Notes: a model not told the origin generated them from the sequence alone. Positions 51,723 through 61,185 are shown, counted from the first letter of the stretch. The stretch: 61,185 bases of DNA from a virus (IMGVR_UViG_3300010373_000049:1-61185), one strand, 5' to 3'. Made by a program: numbers and translations.

Positions 51723-54700
51723 GAGTCGTCTGCTCTGTCTGCGGTGCGATCCTCTCCACGTTCCTCGGGGTTCTCCATGCGGGTGTGGCGTTGGTTTGCC
51801 ACCCGCTGTTCCGCCTGTTCGGTCGACGTGGGACCGTCCGGTACACGTCGAAAACGGACGGGTCTTTGTTGCACGTCGGTTTCGACCGTGAAGCGTTCAA
51901 GAGGGCCACGTGTTCGGGCTGACTGACGGCGCGGTCGCCGCGGGGAAGTATTGGCGGGACCAGGCGCTACGCCTGGAAGCCGACGTGGCGGCGCTGGTCG
52001 ACGCGTGGCACAAGTTCGATCAACACGTCGTCGGCAGTCCTGAGCAGCACGACGCGTGGGATGAAATGCACGATCTGGTCAGCAGGATTGAGAGGGCCGC
52101 GTCGTGACCACGTGTGACATGCACGAGTTCCTCTACTCAGAGCTGGACAACTGGGTTGCACGTGCCGTACGAGCCGAGGCCGACGCACGACGCTTGTACC
52201 AGTACGTGATCTCCGGTGGGGACAAGGCGGACGTGGTTCGTTTGCACCTTGAGGCTGTAGCCCAGTCAGGGAGGCGGGTGGCGTGAGCGAACTTCTCCCG
52301 AAGACGTTGGCCGACCACTACGACCACATCTGGCGCTGTGACTGCTCCGACATCCATTACCTGACTCTCACGTGGGACGACGAGGACCCGACGTGGCGCT
52401 ACCTGGCTGTCGCTGACGGCTGGGGTGGGCGCTCGGTCAAGGAACGCATCAAGGGAGCGTGGAAGCTCCTCCGTGGTCACTACCACACGGGCTGCGAGAT
52501 TCTGCTGAACGACGAGACGGTCGCTGACGTGCTGGCCGTTCTGAGCGCACATGCGGGCGAACGGTCGTGACACCCCCCGAACTGCTCCGCTTCTGGCGGT
52601 GGTACCTGTCGTTCTACGTCCCGTTGATGGTCGCCTACGTGGGACTGATGTCCGTCCACGACTGGCTGGCGGCGGTCGGGTGTGCCGCGGCAGCCGCGGC
52701 CGTGTCATTGGTCGCCTTCATCCACGTGGTCCGAAAGTTGAGGTCGTGAACCACGTGGACCGGATTGTTGACCTCATCATCAGATGGTTTTTCGCGCCGA
52801 ACAGGCGCGCAAGCCTGACAGGGACCACGGCAAGCGGACCTGTCAGCCTGCCGGGGACGGAGCGCGCGACGGCCTCCCCTTCCGTCCCCACGTCCCCGGC
52901 ACCCTCTTACCAGCTCCCCGCCGTGGACACACGCGGCGGACCGGTCCGCATATCCCACACGGGGGTGTCAACCGGGTTCGCCGAGTACCTGCGTGAGTGC
53001 GCCCAGGTCGGTTGGGACCACGTGGAACGCGTCGGGGCAGCGGAGCGCGGGGCGTGACCGACGTGTTCCAGAGTTTGCGGGACAGCCTCGCATGGGACAA
53101 CGCCCACCCGGTCCGCTACAGGTGTCGCAGGGTTTGGCACCACGTGCGTCACCCGGTGAGGGCGTACCGGCAGTGGGTGTACTGGCCGGTACGCACGTTC
53201 TGGGAGCGGGGTCGTCGCGGCTGGTCGGTGTCGGACACGTGGGGTTTGGACACGTACCTGTCGCGTGTCATCGCCGGATCGGTCGAACGGTTACGTGACG
53301 ACCTGCACGGCCACCCGTGCGATCTGACCCCCGAGAAATGGGAAGCGATCCTGACCGAGATCGCACAGGGGTTCCGTAGCTGGGAGCAGCATTGGGACGC
53401 CGACGACGAGGCGTACCGGCAGGTGCAGAGGTCGATTCGGCTGATGGGCAAGTGGTTCGGCCACTTGTGGGACTGATGCCTAGCTGCCCGTGCGGGATCT
53501 GTGACGCCATTAGGGCGGCAGACAGAGAGCGGCGTCCTTGGTGGCGTCGGGCCTTCTCCTTCCTGCCTCCGATGGAAGTCTTCGATCGGGCGATCGAAAT
53601 CATGGAGGGGCGCGCTGTCGTGTACGAAGCGGAGCGCCACCTGGGAAGGCGCACGTGAGCCTGATCGACGTGGACCTGGAGAAAGCGACGAACAAGCCGG
53701 CGGTGTGGTGCCACAAGTGCGGACGCGAAGGCGGTCTCACCCTCAACGCGGACGGACGATTCGAGTGCAGGGGCTGGTGTGGGCGTATGGACATCGAAAT
53801 CTCGGAAGACAAACGGAGGCGGCGGTGACGAACCCTTGTTGTGACCATGAGGTTCCGGGCCACGTGCCCGACTGTTGGCTGGTCAAGATCGTGTCGGACC
53901 GTGACGGTTACCGGTACAAGACCCGGTTGGGTGATTCCCGGAACCGGAGTGTCACGTGCCGACTGTGTGGTGCCACCGGGGTCTGGTCGCTACCAGGGAC
54001 GTGTGACACGTGCGCCACGAGAGAAGCCGTCTACTCGCTCGTCCACCCCGAATCTGTCGCCTGAAAGAAAGAGAGTCAAGGTGCGTTTAGGAATCGTAAA
54101 AGTAGCCGGCATGGGAGCAGCGGGCCTCGTCCTGCTCGCGTTCATCTACGGCCTGTCAGTGCTGTTCTGGTCGTGGATTCTGATGCTCGTCCTGGGCGCG
54201 GCCCACGTGGACTACAGCTACCAAGCCTGCGTCATCCCGTGGGGACTCATCGCACCCCTCGCGCTCGGTTAGGAAGGACCCACGTGCCAAGCGTTTACGA
54301 CCGTGTAGAAACAGAAGCCCGAATGTTCGACCCCGACCCCTACTGGGACGGGCCGACAGCAGCAGACCTGTTCGACCTGCCACCCGACGGGTTAGACGCC
54401 AGGGATTGGCTGACATGGTTGGACCACGTGCCAACCGACCGGTTTCACGACGCTATCGAGATGCTGGTCGAGGACTACTCGCATGTGGTCGGCGGGATCA
54501 TCGCGTTCGCGGTCGGCATGTTCCACGTGGACGAAGTGTGCCAACCGTTGCAACCCGCAGAAGGGTGGCCCACGTTCGACGACGACGAGGACCCCTTCTA
54601 AGTGGCCGTGGTCCAGATCGGGACACCGTGCGATGAGAACAGGTGCGAAGCGTGGGCCAGGTACCGGGTCCGGTATCTCACGTCCACCGTTCTGCGCCCG

Positions 54701-55028
54701 AGCTTCGTGTTCTGCCCGAAGCACGCCGCCGACCGGGTGGAACTCAGCGAGGTTGACGTGAGCGTCGTCCCGCTCGGCCACAGCGAGCGACGTGCAACAG
54801 GGGACGACTGACGTGCCCCGCCTTCTTTCCCAGTGCACGAACGACGTGGAACGCCAACAGCTCCGCCACCTCCGCGTCGTAGCGTCCCGTAACCGTCAAA
54901 CACAACGCGGGGGACGTGCAAAGAAGGAGCAGGAGATCCGCCGCTGGTGGGCCAAATGTGAGGCGACCCGCGAATGGTCCACGTGGGAGAACAACGGTTA
55001 CAACCTCGACGGGCCGGCCGCAGGGTGA
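51719..55028 (+). other. run of ~14 small coupled early genes of unknown function (e.g. 52104-52286, 52283-52570, 52567-52749, 52746-53057, 53054-53476, 53476-53658, 53655-53828, 53825-54064, 54284-54601, 54602-54811)
   Basis: successive GTGA/TGATG overlaps; several CxxC or TM-containing products; no family recognised. Confidence 0.6.
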
Positions 55029-55891
55029 CGGGCATCCACCGGCCGTACAGTTACCTGCGCGGCGCGGAACCGAGCGTGACCACCATCTTGGACCTGCTGC
55101 CCAAACCGGGTTTGTCGTGGGCTGCCGCGAAGGAGACAGCGGTGTTCGCGGTCAGACACCCAGAGAAGTGGAAGCACCTTCCCGAGGCGGACGCCGTGGA
55201 CGTGCTCCGCAAACACCACCGGGGGATCTGGGATGGCAGGGCGGCGAACGGCACGTTGGCGCACGCGGTCAACGAAGCGTACTGCGCCGGGGAGGACGTG
55301 GACCTCGAGAAACTAATCGCCCACACGATCGAAACGGACCGCAACGCCCGCACGTGGCGCGACCGCGACCTTGACGACCTGATCGAATCTGTTCTCGGCT
55401 ACGTCCTCGGCCTGGAAGCCTGGTGGTCGGATTGGCAGCCGTCGAATGTGTGCTCGGAGGTCGTGGTCCGCTGGCCGAGGCTTTACATCGGCCAAACCGA
55501 TCTTCGTTGCACGTGCGGCGGGGACGATTGGTTATGGGACGTGAAGACCACATCGAAACTGGACGAGGACCAGGGTTTATACACGGACGCCTGGACTTGC
55601 CAGCTCGCCATGTACGGCGCCGCGTTGGAAACAGTGACGTACGAGACGGACGATGCCCCCGAGTTGAAACGGGGGTTCCGGGTGCGCGAGGTCGGGACGG
55701 GCGCATGGTCGAGACCGCAGCGTTACGGGGTGATCCACCTGCGCGGCGACGAGAGCTACACGGCGTTCGAGGTTGATGTGACGCCCGACGTGGTCCGAAC
55801 GGTGTTCCGTCTGGCCCGCGCCTACCACGGTCTGAAACGGATACCGGAGCGGCCGAGGGTCGCGAACGCACACAAGGAGCAGGCAGCTTGA
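55025..55891 (+). CDS. PD-(D/E)XK exonuclease (RecE/Cas4-like partner of Bet)
   Basis: PSVTTIL..LPKPGL..WAA, GT.AH, E..YIGQTD..DVKT, QLAMY. Confidence 0.8.
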   Translation: MTGIHRPYSYLRGAEPSVTTILDLLPKPGLSWAAAKETAVFAVRHPEKWKHLPEADAVDVLRKHHRGIWDGRAANGTLAHAVNEAYCAGEDVDLEKLIAHTIETDRNARTWRDRDLDDLIESVLGYVLGLEAWWSDWQPSNVCSEVVVRWPRLYIGQTDLRCTCGGDDWLWDVKTTSKLDEDQGLYTDAWTCQLAMYGAALETVTYETDDAPELKRGFRVREVGTGAWSRPQRYGVIHLRGDESYTAFEVDVTPDVVRTVFRLARAYHGLKRIPERPRVANAHKEQAA

Positions 55892-56820
55892 CAACGGAAC
55901 TCGCGGCAATAGGACCGACCCTCGACCTGGATTTGTTGAAACGGACGGTCGCTAAGGGGACCTCCGATGACGAGTTCGCCCTGTTCGCGCAAGTGTGCCA
56001 GCGGACCGGCCTGGACCCGTTCGCCCGCCAGATTTACGCGGTGAAACGGTACGACTCGCGCGAGAAGCGCGACGTGATGCAGGTGCAGGTGTCGATAGAC
56101 GGTGCACGTCTCACCGCGCAGCGTTCGGGGGAGTACGCCGGGCAGACACCGACTTACTGGTGCGGTAAGGACGGTCAGTGGACTGACGTGTGGTTGTCGG
56201 CTGAGTACCCGGCCGCGGCGAAGCTCGGCGTGTACCGGCGCGGGTTCGCCGAACCGTTGTGGGCTGTCGCCACGTGGAAACAGTACGTGCAGACCACCAG
56301 GGACGGTGGGGTCACGCGGATGTGGTCGCAGATGGCTCCGCTGATGTTGGGGAAGTGCGCCGAGATGCTGGCGTTGCGTAAGGCGTTCCCGATGGAACTG
56401 TCCGGGCTGTACTCCGCAGAGGAAATGTCCCAGGCTGATGTCCCAACGCCCGCTGCGGCTCCCGTGTCGGCCGAGGTTCCACGTGCTACGTCGCGTCGTG
56501 AGACGCACGGGACGGTGAGACGGTCCCCCGTCGCGCGTGAACCTGAACCGGCCGTGGACGCTGACACGGGGGAGATCGTTGACGCCGAGGTGGTCGAACC
56601 CGAACCAGCGGCAGGGGAAGCCCGGCCAGCCGGGGACGCAACCGAGAAGCAGTTGAAAATGATCCACTCGTTGTTCTCCGAGCGTGGTTACGAAACCCAG
56701 GTCCGCAAGGAGTATGTGGGCCACGTGGTCGGCAGGGACGTGGACACAACAAAGGACTTATCGAAACGGGAGGCGTCTGCCGTGATCGAAGCGTTGATGG
56801 CCGAACCGGTGGCGTCGTGA
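55888..56820 (+). CDS. bet: Bet/RecT-family ssDNA annealing protein
   Basis: SDDEF.LF...[52 protein letters not shown]. Confidence 0.9.
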   Translation: MTTELAAIGPTLDLDLLKRTVAKGTSDDEFALFAQVCQRTGLDPFARQIYAVKRYDSREKRDVMQVQVSIDGARLTAQRSGEYAGQTPTYWCGKDGQWTDVWLSAEYPAAAKLGVYRRGFAEPLWAVATWKQYVQTTRDGGVTRMWSQMAPLMLGKCAEMLALRKAFPMELSGLYSAEEMSQADVPTPAAAPVSAEVPRATSRRETHGTVRRSPVAREPEPAVDADTGEIVDAEVVEPEPAAGEARPAGDATEKQLKMIHSLFSERGYETQVRKEYVGHVVGRDVDTTKDLSKREASAVIEALMAEPVAS

Positions 56821-57110
56821 TCATCCGTACACGTCTCAGCCAACAGTCGGATAAGAGGCGCGCCCAGCAAGGCGAGTACGACCGGGCACGCCAGGCTGCG
56901 TTTGATCGCGACAAAGGCCAATGCCAGGCGGCGAACAAGATTCCCGAACTCGATGGCTGTTACGGCCGACGCGATCCGCACCATGTTCGCCCACGCGGGA
57001 GGGGTGGCGCTTACGCGGACCCGAACAATCTGCTCACGTGCTGCCGGTCCTGCCACGACTGGATTCACGCTCACCCGATCGAGGCGCAAGAAAGAGGACT
57101 GCTCAAGTGA
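56817..57110 (+). CDS. HNH endonuclease
   Basis: [31 protein letters not shown]. Confidence 0.85.
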   Translation: MIIRTRLSQQSDKRRAQQGEYDRARQAAFDRDKGQCQAANKIPELDGCYGRRDPHHVRPRGRGGAYADPNNLLTCCRSCHDWIHAHPIEAQERGLLK

Positions 57111-57478
57111 CGACTATGGGGTGGGAGAAGTTCGGGGACGAGACACGTGCGGACGTGGACGATTACACGCTGGTGTCTGTTCGCAAAGAGTCGCGGCACA
57201 CGTGGACCGAGTGGGGGGAATCCGAACTCGACTACGTGCTCGGACTGTTGGAACGAGAGGAGTGGCAGCACCGGGGGGCCTGCAATGGGATGGACCCGAA
57301 CTTGTTCTTCCCTAGCCCTGGTGAACCGATGAGCGAGATTCGGGCCGTCTGTTCCACGTGCCCAGTAAGACGCGAGTGCGCCGAGGCGGGGCTGATGGAG
57401 AAGTGGGGGATGTGGGGCGGCACGTCAGAGCGCGAGCGTCGAGGGATTCGACGCGAACGACGTGGGGAGGCGGCGTGA
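57107..57478 (+). CDS. whiB: WhiB-family transcription factor
   Basis: WQHRGAC..DP.LFFP..VCSTCPVRREC..GMWGGTSERER. Confidence 0.9.
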   Translation: MTTMGWEKFGDETRADVDDYTLVSVRKESRHTWTEWGESELDYVLGLLEREEWQHRGACNGMDPNLFFPSPGEPMSEIRAVCSTCPVRRECAEAGLMEKWGMWGGTSERERRGIRRERRGEAA

Positions 57479-57593
57479 TGTTCCTTTGGTTGGCGGCTGT
57501 TGTCATGTCGGCGTTCGTCGGGGTCACGTGCACCGCGGTGGTGTTGTCGTGGCGGCACTCGCGCCGGCAGGCAAAGAACGGCCCGGTCAGGTT

Positions 57594-58109
57594 GTGAGCG
57601 CCGTCGAACGCGCGGACGCGGCGAAGGTAGGCCGGTTCGAGTTCTTCGTCGCCGGCCTCCCGGTCACCCAGGGTTCCAAATCGGCCATCGTGGTCAAAGG
57701 CGCGACACCCCGAGCCGTCGTGGTGGAGGGTAAAACAAAGAAGGGTCGGGACTCGTTCCACGCGTGGCGTGTCGCTGTCGCACAGGAAGCCCGGCATGTC
57801 GCGGACCACGTGACCACCGACCCGGTGATCGTTGCTTTGGAGTTCACGATGCTGCGCCCGAAGTCGCACCCGAAGTCGCGGCGCACGTGGCCCACCGGTG
57901 CCCGTTCGGGAGACGTGGACAAACTCGCCAGGGCGGTCCTTGACGCGATCACGGGTGTCATCGTCGCCGACGACTCCCAAGTGGTCGGGCTGTCGGTCAC
58001 CAAAAGGTATGGAACGCGGCCGGGGTTGCACGTTTCCACGTGGTCCGAGGTCGACTTCATGGTGTGGGAACCGACGTGGCTCCCAGGATTGGCAGGAGCG
58101 GCATCGTGA
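57594..58109 (+). CDS. rusA: RusA-family Holliday junction resolvase
   Basis: G.PVTQGSK, F...RPK, DVDKLARAVLDAIT...DDSQVV..K.Y. Confidence 0.9.
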   Translation: MSAVERADAAKVGRFEFFVAGLPVTQGSKSAIVVKGATPRAVVVEGKTKKGRDSFHAWRVAVAQEARHVADHVTTDPVIVALEFTMLRPKSHPKSRRTWPTGARSGDVDKLARAVLDAITGVIVADDSQVVGLSVTKRYGTRPGLHVSTWSEVDFMVWEPTWLPGLAGAAS

Positions 58110-58315
58110 TCGTCTTCCACGTGGACCACAAACCAACCCTGGTGACGATCGCAGGCAGGCACCACCTTGTCAGATACCACCACCCGGCCGGTTCGGCTTC
58201 CACGTGGTGCGGAAAATGGACCTCCCAACCCGAACATTCCCCGCGCGCCGAAACGGTCTGCTGGGAGTGCAGGACAGCACACTCGGACCACCAAGAAACG
58301 ACCCTGCTGTCGTGA
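58106..58315 (+). CDS. small Zn-binding hypothetical protein
   Basis: H..TWCG..CWEC; GTGA-coupled. Confidence 0.5.
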   Translation: MIVFHVDHKPTLVTIAGRHHLVRYHHPAGSASTWCGKWTSQPEHSPRAETVCWECRTAHSDHQETTLLS

Positions 58316-58445
58316 GATGGTTTGTGGCTGGCACGTGGGCCGCACCGTTCCTGTTGACGGCTGTTTGGTGTCGTGCCACGTCGTCCGCGTACCGGCATGT
58401 GCGAGTGATCCCCGCACCGTACGACTCCACAGACGAGGGGCAAAA

Positions 58446-58646
58446 GTGATGCAGAGCGTGACTGATCTAGTCAAAGTGCTCAGGGAATGGGCTGCCAGCG
58501 AAAGGAAGACGGCGGACACAACCCCAGGTGAGTCGCACGCGGTCAGCGTCTTCAGGTCAGCCCGCCACGCCGCCGCCTCCGCCTATGAGAAGGCCGCCCG
58601 CCTGATCGAAGAAGCCGAGGGGCAAAAGTCAGGTGAGTCCGATTAG
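58446..58646 (+). CDS. small hypothetical protein
   Basis: GTGA-coupled; ends GQKSGESD in junction repeat. Confidence 0.5.
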   Translation: MMQSVTDLVKVLREWAASERKTADTTPGESHAVSVFRSARHAAASAYEKAARLIEEAEGQKSGESD

Positions 58647-58650
58647 CGCG
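58620..58650 (+). repeat. 31-bp gene-junction direct repeat, copy 1
   Basis: GGGCAAAAGTCAGGTGAGTCCGATTAGCGCG; 30/31 identical to 60142-60172. Confidence 0.9.
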
Positions 58651-59235
58651 AACGCTGCCCATAGGTTCAACAACGACCTGCGCTACAGCGACGGGACGGA
58701 TGACCGTCACCGCCAACTGACGCCCGAGTACGTGCTGGAACCCGTGCGAGCGGTCCTGGGTGGCATCGACCTAGACCCATGCACGGAACCCGACAACCCG
58801 ACAGGGGCCGACACGTTCTACACCGTCGAGGACGACGGGCTATTTGAGCCGTGGTTCGGTCCCGACTGGCTGCCGACTGTCTATGTAAACCCGCCGTACA
58901 CGAAGGCTCGCGAGCCGTGGGTCAGGGCGTGCATGGAGGCCGCCGCACGCGGCCAGAAGGTCGTTCTGCTGGTCCCGTCGCACACGGACACCCGCATCTT
59001 CCAGAAGGCCATGCAGAGCGCCACCAGCGTCCTGTTCATCAAGGGCAGGGTGAAGTTCGGGGTACTGCGGAAGAACCGCCGTCAGGAGGCAGCTAGCCAT
59101 CCGTCCGCGCTGATCGCTTGGAACGTCGACCTGGGTCCGTGCTCCAAGCTCGGGCATGTCGTCAGGCAGAACGCAATCACGTGGTTCGAGTGGGCCGAGA
59201 AGGCCCAAGGGCAAGAGGGGAATGATGCGGAGTAG
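58633..59235 (+). CDS. phage N6-adenine DNA methyltransferase (Dam-like)
   Basis: TP..V..IDLDPC..DDGL...W..YVNPPY..LLVP..TDT..F..F.KGRVKF. Confidence 0.85.
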   Translation: MSPISANAAHRFNNDLRYSDGTDDRHRQLTPEYVLEPVRAVLGGIDLDPCTEPDNPTGADTFYTVEDDGLFEPWFGPDWLPTVYVNPPYTKAREPWVRACMEAAARGQKVVLLVPSHTDTRIFQKAMQSATSVLFIKGRVKFGVLRKNRRQEAASHPSALIAWNVDLGPCSKLGHVVRQNAITWFEWAEKAQGQEGNDAE

Positions 59236-60004
59236 CGCGTATTACGAGGACGAACTGGTCACGCTGTATTGCGGAGACAACGCAGTCGTGCTGCCCGAGC
59301 TAGAGCCTGCTGACCTGATCTTCACGTCCCCGCCGTACAACCTCGGCTCGTCCCCCTGGCCTCATCTCGGGCACTGGAAGCCGGGCGACTCGCCGGGCGG
59401 CAAGAGCAAGTGGAAGAACGGCTCAGACGGCTCAGGAGGTGTCACCTATGCCGAGCATGAGGACACCCTGCCGTGGGACGAGTACGTCGCTTGGCAGCAC
59501 AAGGTTCTGCGGCTCTGCTGGGACAGGCTGACCGCCGGCGGTGCCATCTTCTACAACCACAAGCCAAGGGTCATCGGCGGCCGGTGCTGGCTTCCACTCG
59601 AACTGAACCCCGGTTTGCCGCTCCGACAGATCGTGACGTGGGCGCGAGCCGGTGGCATGAACTTCAACCCGACCGCCTACGTGCCCACCTACGAGTGGAT
59701 CATGGTCCTCGCCAAAGACGACTTCCGGTTGTCCAGCAAGGCGGCATCGGGGCTAGGGGACGTGTGGCGGGAACCGCAGGAGCCGAGCGACCACCCGGCA
59801 CCGTTCCCGGTGGGGTTGCCCGCCAGAGCGATCGAAACCACGGGCCCGGGGCTGGTCATAGATCCGTTCGTGGGGTCGGGTTCGACGCTGGTGGCAGCCA
59901 AGGCGGCCGGGGTGCGGGCCATCGGTATCGAGAAGTCGGAGCGGTATTGCGAGATGGCCGTCAAGAGGCTGGCGCAGGAGTCACTGTTCGGGGTGGGCGC
60001 ATGA
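59222..60004 (+). CDS. beta-class N4-C/N6-A DNA methyltransferase
   Basis: TLYCGD, TSPPYN, HPAPFP, DPFVGSGST, GIE. Confidence 0.9.
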   Translation: MMRSSAYYEDELVTLYCGDNAVVLPELEPADLIFTSPPYNLGSSPWPHLGHWKPGDSPGGKSKWKNGSDGSGGVTYAEHEDTLPWDEYVAWQHKVLRLCWDRLTAGGAIFYNHKPRVIGGRCWLPLELNPGLPLRQIVTWARAGGMNFNPTAYVPTYEWIMVLAKDDFRLSSKAASGLGDVWREPQEPSDHPAPFPVGLPARAIETTGPGLVIDPFVGSGSTLVAAKAAGVRAIGIEKSERYCEMAVKRLAQESLFGVGA

Positions 60005-60168
60005 TGCCGGGACGAATCTTGTGCCCGTCACCGCCTGACCGTGGGCCGTGCGGGACGTGCCATCACGACGCCCTGCCGCATTGGGTTGGCGAACCGGGAG
60101 GCTGCGAGATGAGGGGCTGTACCTGCACCGTCTATCGAGCCGGGCAAAAGTCAGGTGATTCCGATTAG
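60001..60168 (+). CDS. small Cys/His-rich protein
   Basis: CGTCHH..H..C..GCTC..Y; ends GQKSGDSD in junction repeat. Confidence 0.5.
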   Translation: MMPGRILCPSPPDRGPCGTCHHDALPHWVGEPGGCEMRGCTCTVYRAGQKSGDSD

Positions 60169-60172
60169 CGCG
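60142..60172 (+). repeat. 31-bp gene-junction direct repeat, copy 2
   Basis: GGGCAAAAGTCAGGTGATTCCGATTAGCGCG. Confidence 0.9.
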
Positions 60173-60715
60173 GATTCTGTCTGGCAGGGTCTACACCCGC
60201 CGTACAAGACCATTGTCGCTGACCCGCCATGGAAATACGAGCAGGGCGGCCCGACGACCGGCTTCGCACCTTTGCGGCCACCGCCGTACTCAATGATGCC
60301 GGCCAGCGAGATCGCTTGTCTACCCGTCGAAGACCTCGCCGACGACGACGCGCACCTTTACCTGTGGACGACAAACCGCTATCTCCGGCAGGCGTTCTCT
60401 ATCGTCGAAATGTGGGGATTCAAGCACTCGCAGACGCTTACATGGTGCAAGCCGGCGCAGGGAATCGGGCCCGGCGGCGCGTTTTCGAATACGACCGAGT
60501 TCGTCCTATATTGCCGGCGCGGGAAGCTCGCCTATCAGGGGCGCGTCGATACGACATGGTGGCAATGGCCGCGCGGCGCTCATTCGGTTAAGCCGGCGGC
60601 GTTCCTTGACATTGTCGAGCACGTGTCGCCGGGCCCATATGTGGAACTGTTCGCCCGCGCCCCTCGTCTCGGTTGGGATTCGTGGGGCAAAGGATTCGAG
60701 ACGGAGGTCGCATGA
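60155..60715 (+). CDS. MT-A70-family methyltransferase
   Basis: IVADPPW, AHLYLWTT, WGF, TW.K, TE, HS.KP, ELFAR..GWD.WG. Confidence 0.9.
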   Translation: MIPISADSVWQGLHPPYKTIVADPPWKYEQGGPTTGFAPLRPPPYSMMPASEIACLPVEDLADDDAHLYLWTTNRYLRQAFSIVEMWGFKHSQTLTWCKPAQGIGPGGAFSNTTEFVLYCRRGKLAYQGRVDTTWWQWPRGAHSVKPAAFLDIVEHVSPGPYVELFARAPRLGWDSWGKGFETEVA

Positions 60716-60897
60716 ACAAACACGCTCTACACCATGAACGGTTGCCCGAGCCGTCAACCGGCCATCGGTTCACCTGCGCCTGCGGGCATGACTTCGGTCC
60801 TCTCAGTGTCCATAAAGCCCGCAAGGCGTATCGGGAACACCGAGAGGGGCAACGCGAAGAGGGGCAAGCCTCGACCGAAGGAGAATCGAGTGACTAG
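60712..60897 (+). CDS. small Zn-binding protein
   Basis: H.L..CACG..YREH; GGAGG RBS, ATGA-coupled. Confidence 0.5.
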   Translation: MNKHALHHERLPEPSTGHRFTCACGHDFGPLSVHKARKAYREHREGQREEGQASTEGESSD

Positions 60898-61185
60898 GAC
60901 CGTTACGGAGTACCGCCTGTCGTGGGAGTCAGTCGATTCCTTCTTCTGCGTCACCGCCGAGCAGCGGTTCGGCAGGGACGTGTGGCAACGCACAAGCTGG
61001 GATGAGTTCATCCCCGAGCACCAGTGGCACACCACCAGCGTGGTGTTCACCGAAGGCCGATGGGACCAGTACAACCTCGTGCGGAAGTGGGCCGATACGC
61101 ACGAGCAGCCCATCCGCAACGTGCGTCTAGAAAAGCGCCAGTCGCCCAACCCCGACGAGGGCTGGGAGCCATACGAGGGGCAAGA
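60890..61185 (+). CDS. hypothetical protein, truncated by window end
   Basis: GTG 60890 with AAGGAG RBS; open to end (TEYRLSWE...PIRNVRLEKR...WEPYEGQ). Confidence 0.5.
   Translation, partial: MTRTVTEYRLSWESVDSFFCVTAEQRFGRDVWQRTSWDEFIPEHQWHTTSVVFTEGRWDQYNLVRKWADTHEQPIRNVRLEKRQSPNPDEGWEPYEGQ

Noticed and set aside
55025-55891. Cas4 as part of a CRISPR adaptation module
   Set aside because: Lacks the Cas4 four-Cys cluster and is coupled to Bet, so a recombination exonuclease is the simpler reading.
87-60625. CACGTG as a eukaryotic E-box or a pure codon-usage artefact
   Set aside because: All genes are bacteriophage-like, and the motif occurs in three frames, on both coding strands and in non-coding DNA.
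1-61185. Exact circular closure of the window
   Set aside because: No terminal repeat seen; joining the ends puts the last ORF in a different frame from the TCGTGA-coupled stop at 28-30, so some sequence is probably missing even though gene content looks near-complete.

Overview
The window is a near-complete genome of a temperate, long-tailed (siphovirus-like) phage of a high-GC actinobacterium. WhiB, a DUF1906-type endolysin, GTGA-coupled genes and no recognisable LysB point to a non-mycolata host (inference). Order: late-early/replication genes with a DNA methyltransferase (1-6.2 kb); a leftward accessory module with its own promoters (6.2-10.1 kb); terminases, a portal-NUDIX-HiPIP-like-MuF fusion, protease, scaffold, capsid and tail genes (10.6-34.6 kb); lysis and accessory genes plus a nucleotide-metabolism triad (34.6-41.8 kb); a second structural/tailspike module (41.9-46 kb); an apparently intact attP (3' half of a tRNA-CAT) with a tyrosine integrase and a cI/Cro/Xis switch (46.6-49.4 kb); early genes, a Bet/exonuclease pair, HNH, WhiB, RusA and three more methyltransferases (49.4-61.2 kb). 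The strongest unexplained signal is genome-wide over-representation of the palindrome CACGTG: about 185 copies by hand count versus about 20 expected. It is imprinted on start codons and protein sequence and is nearly absent from several conserved or apparently recently acquired segments. Second is a CACGTG-poor cassette array at 58.4-61.2 kb whose genes share a junction motif, including a 31-bp repeat that supplies the start of two unrelated methyltransferases. All counts are manual and all family calls come from motif recognition, not database searches.
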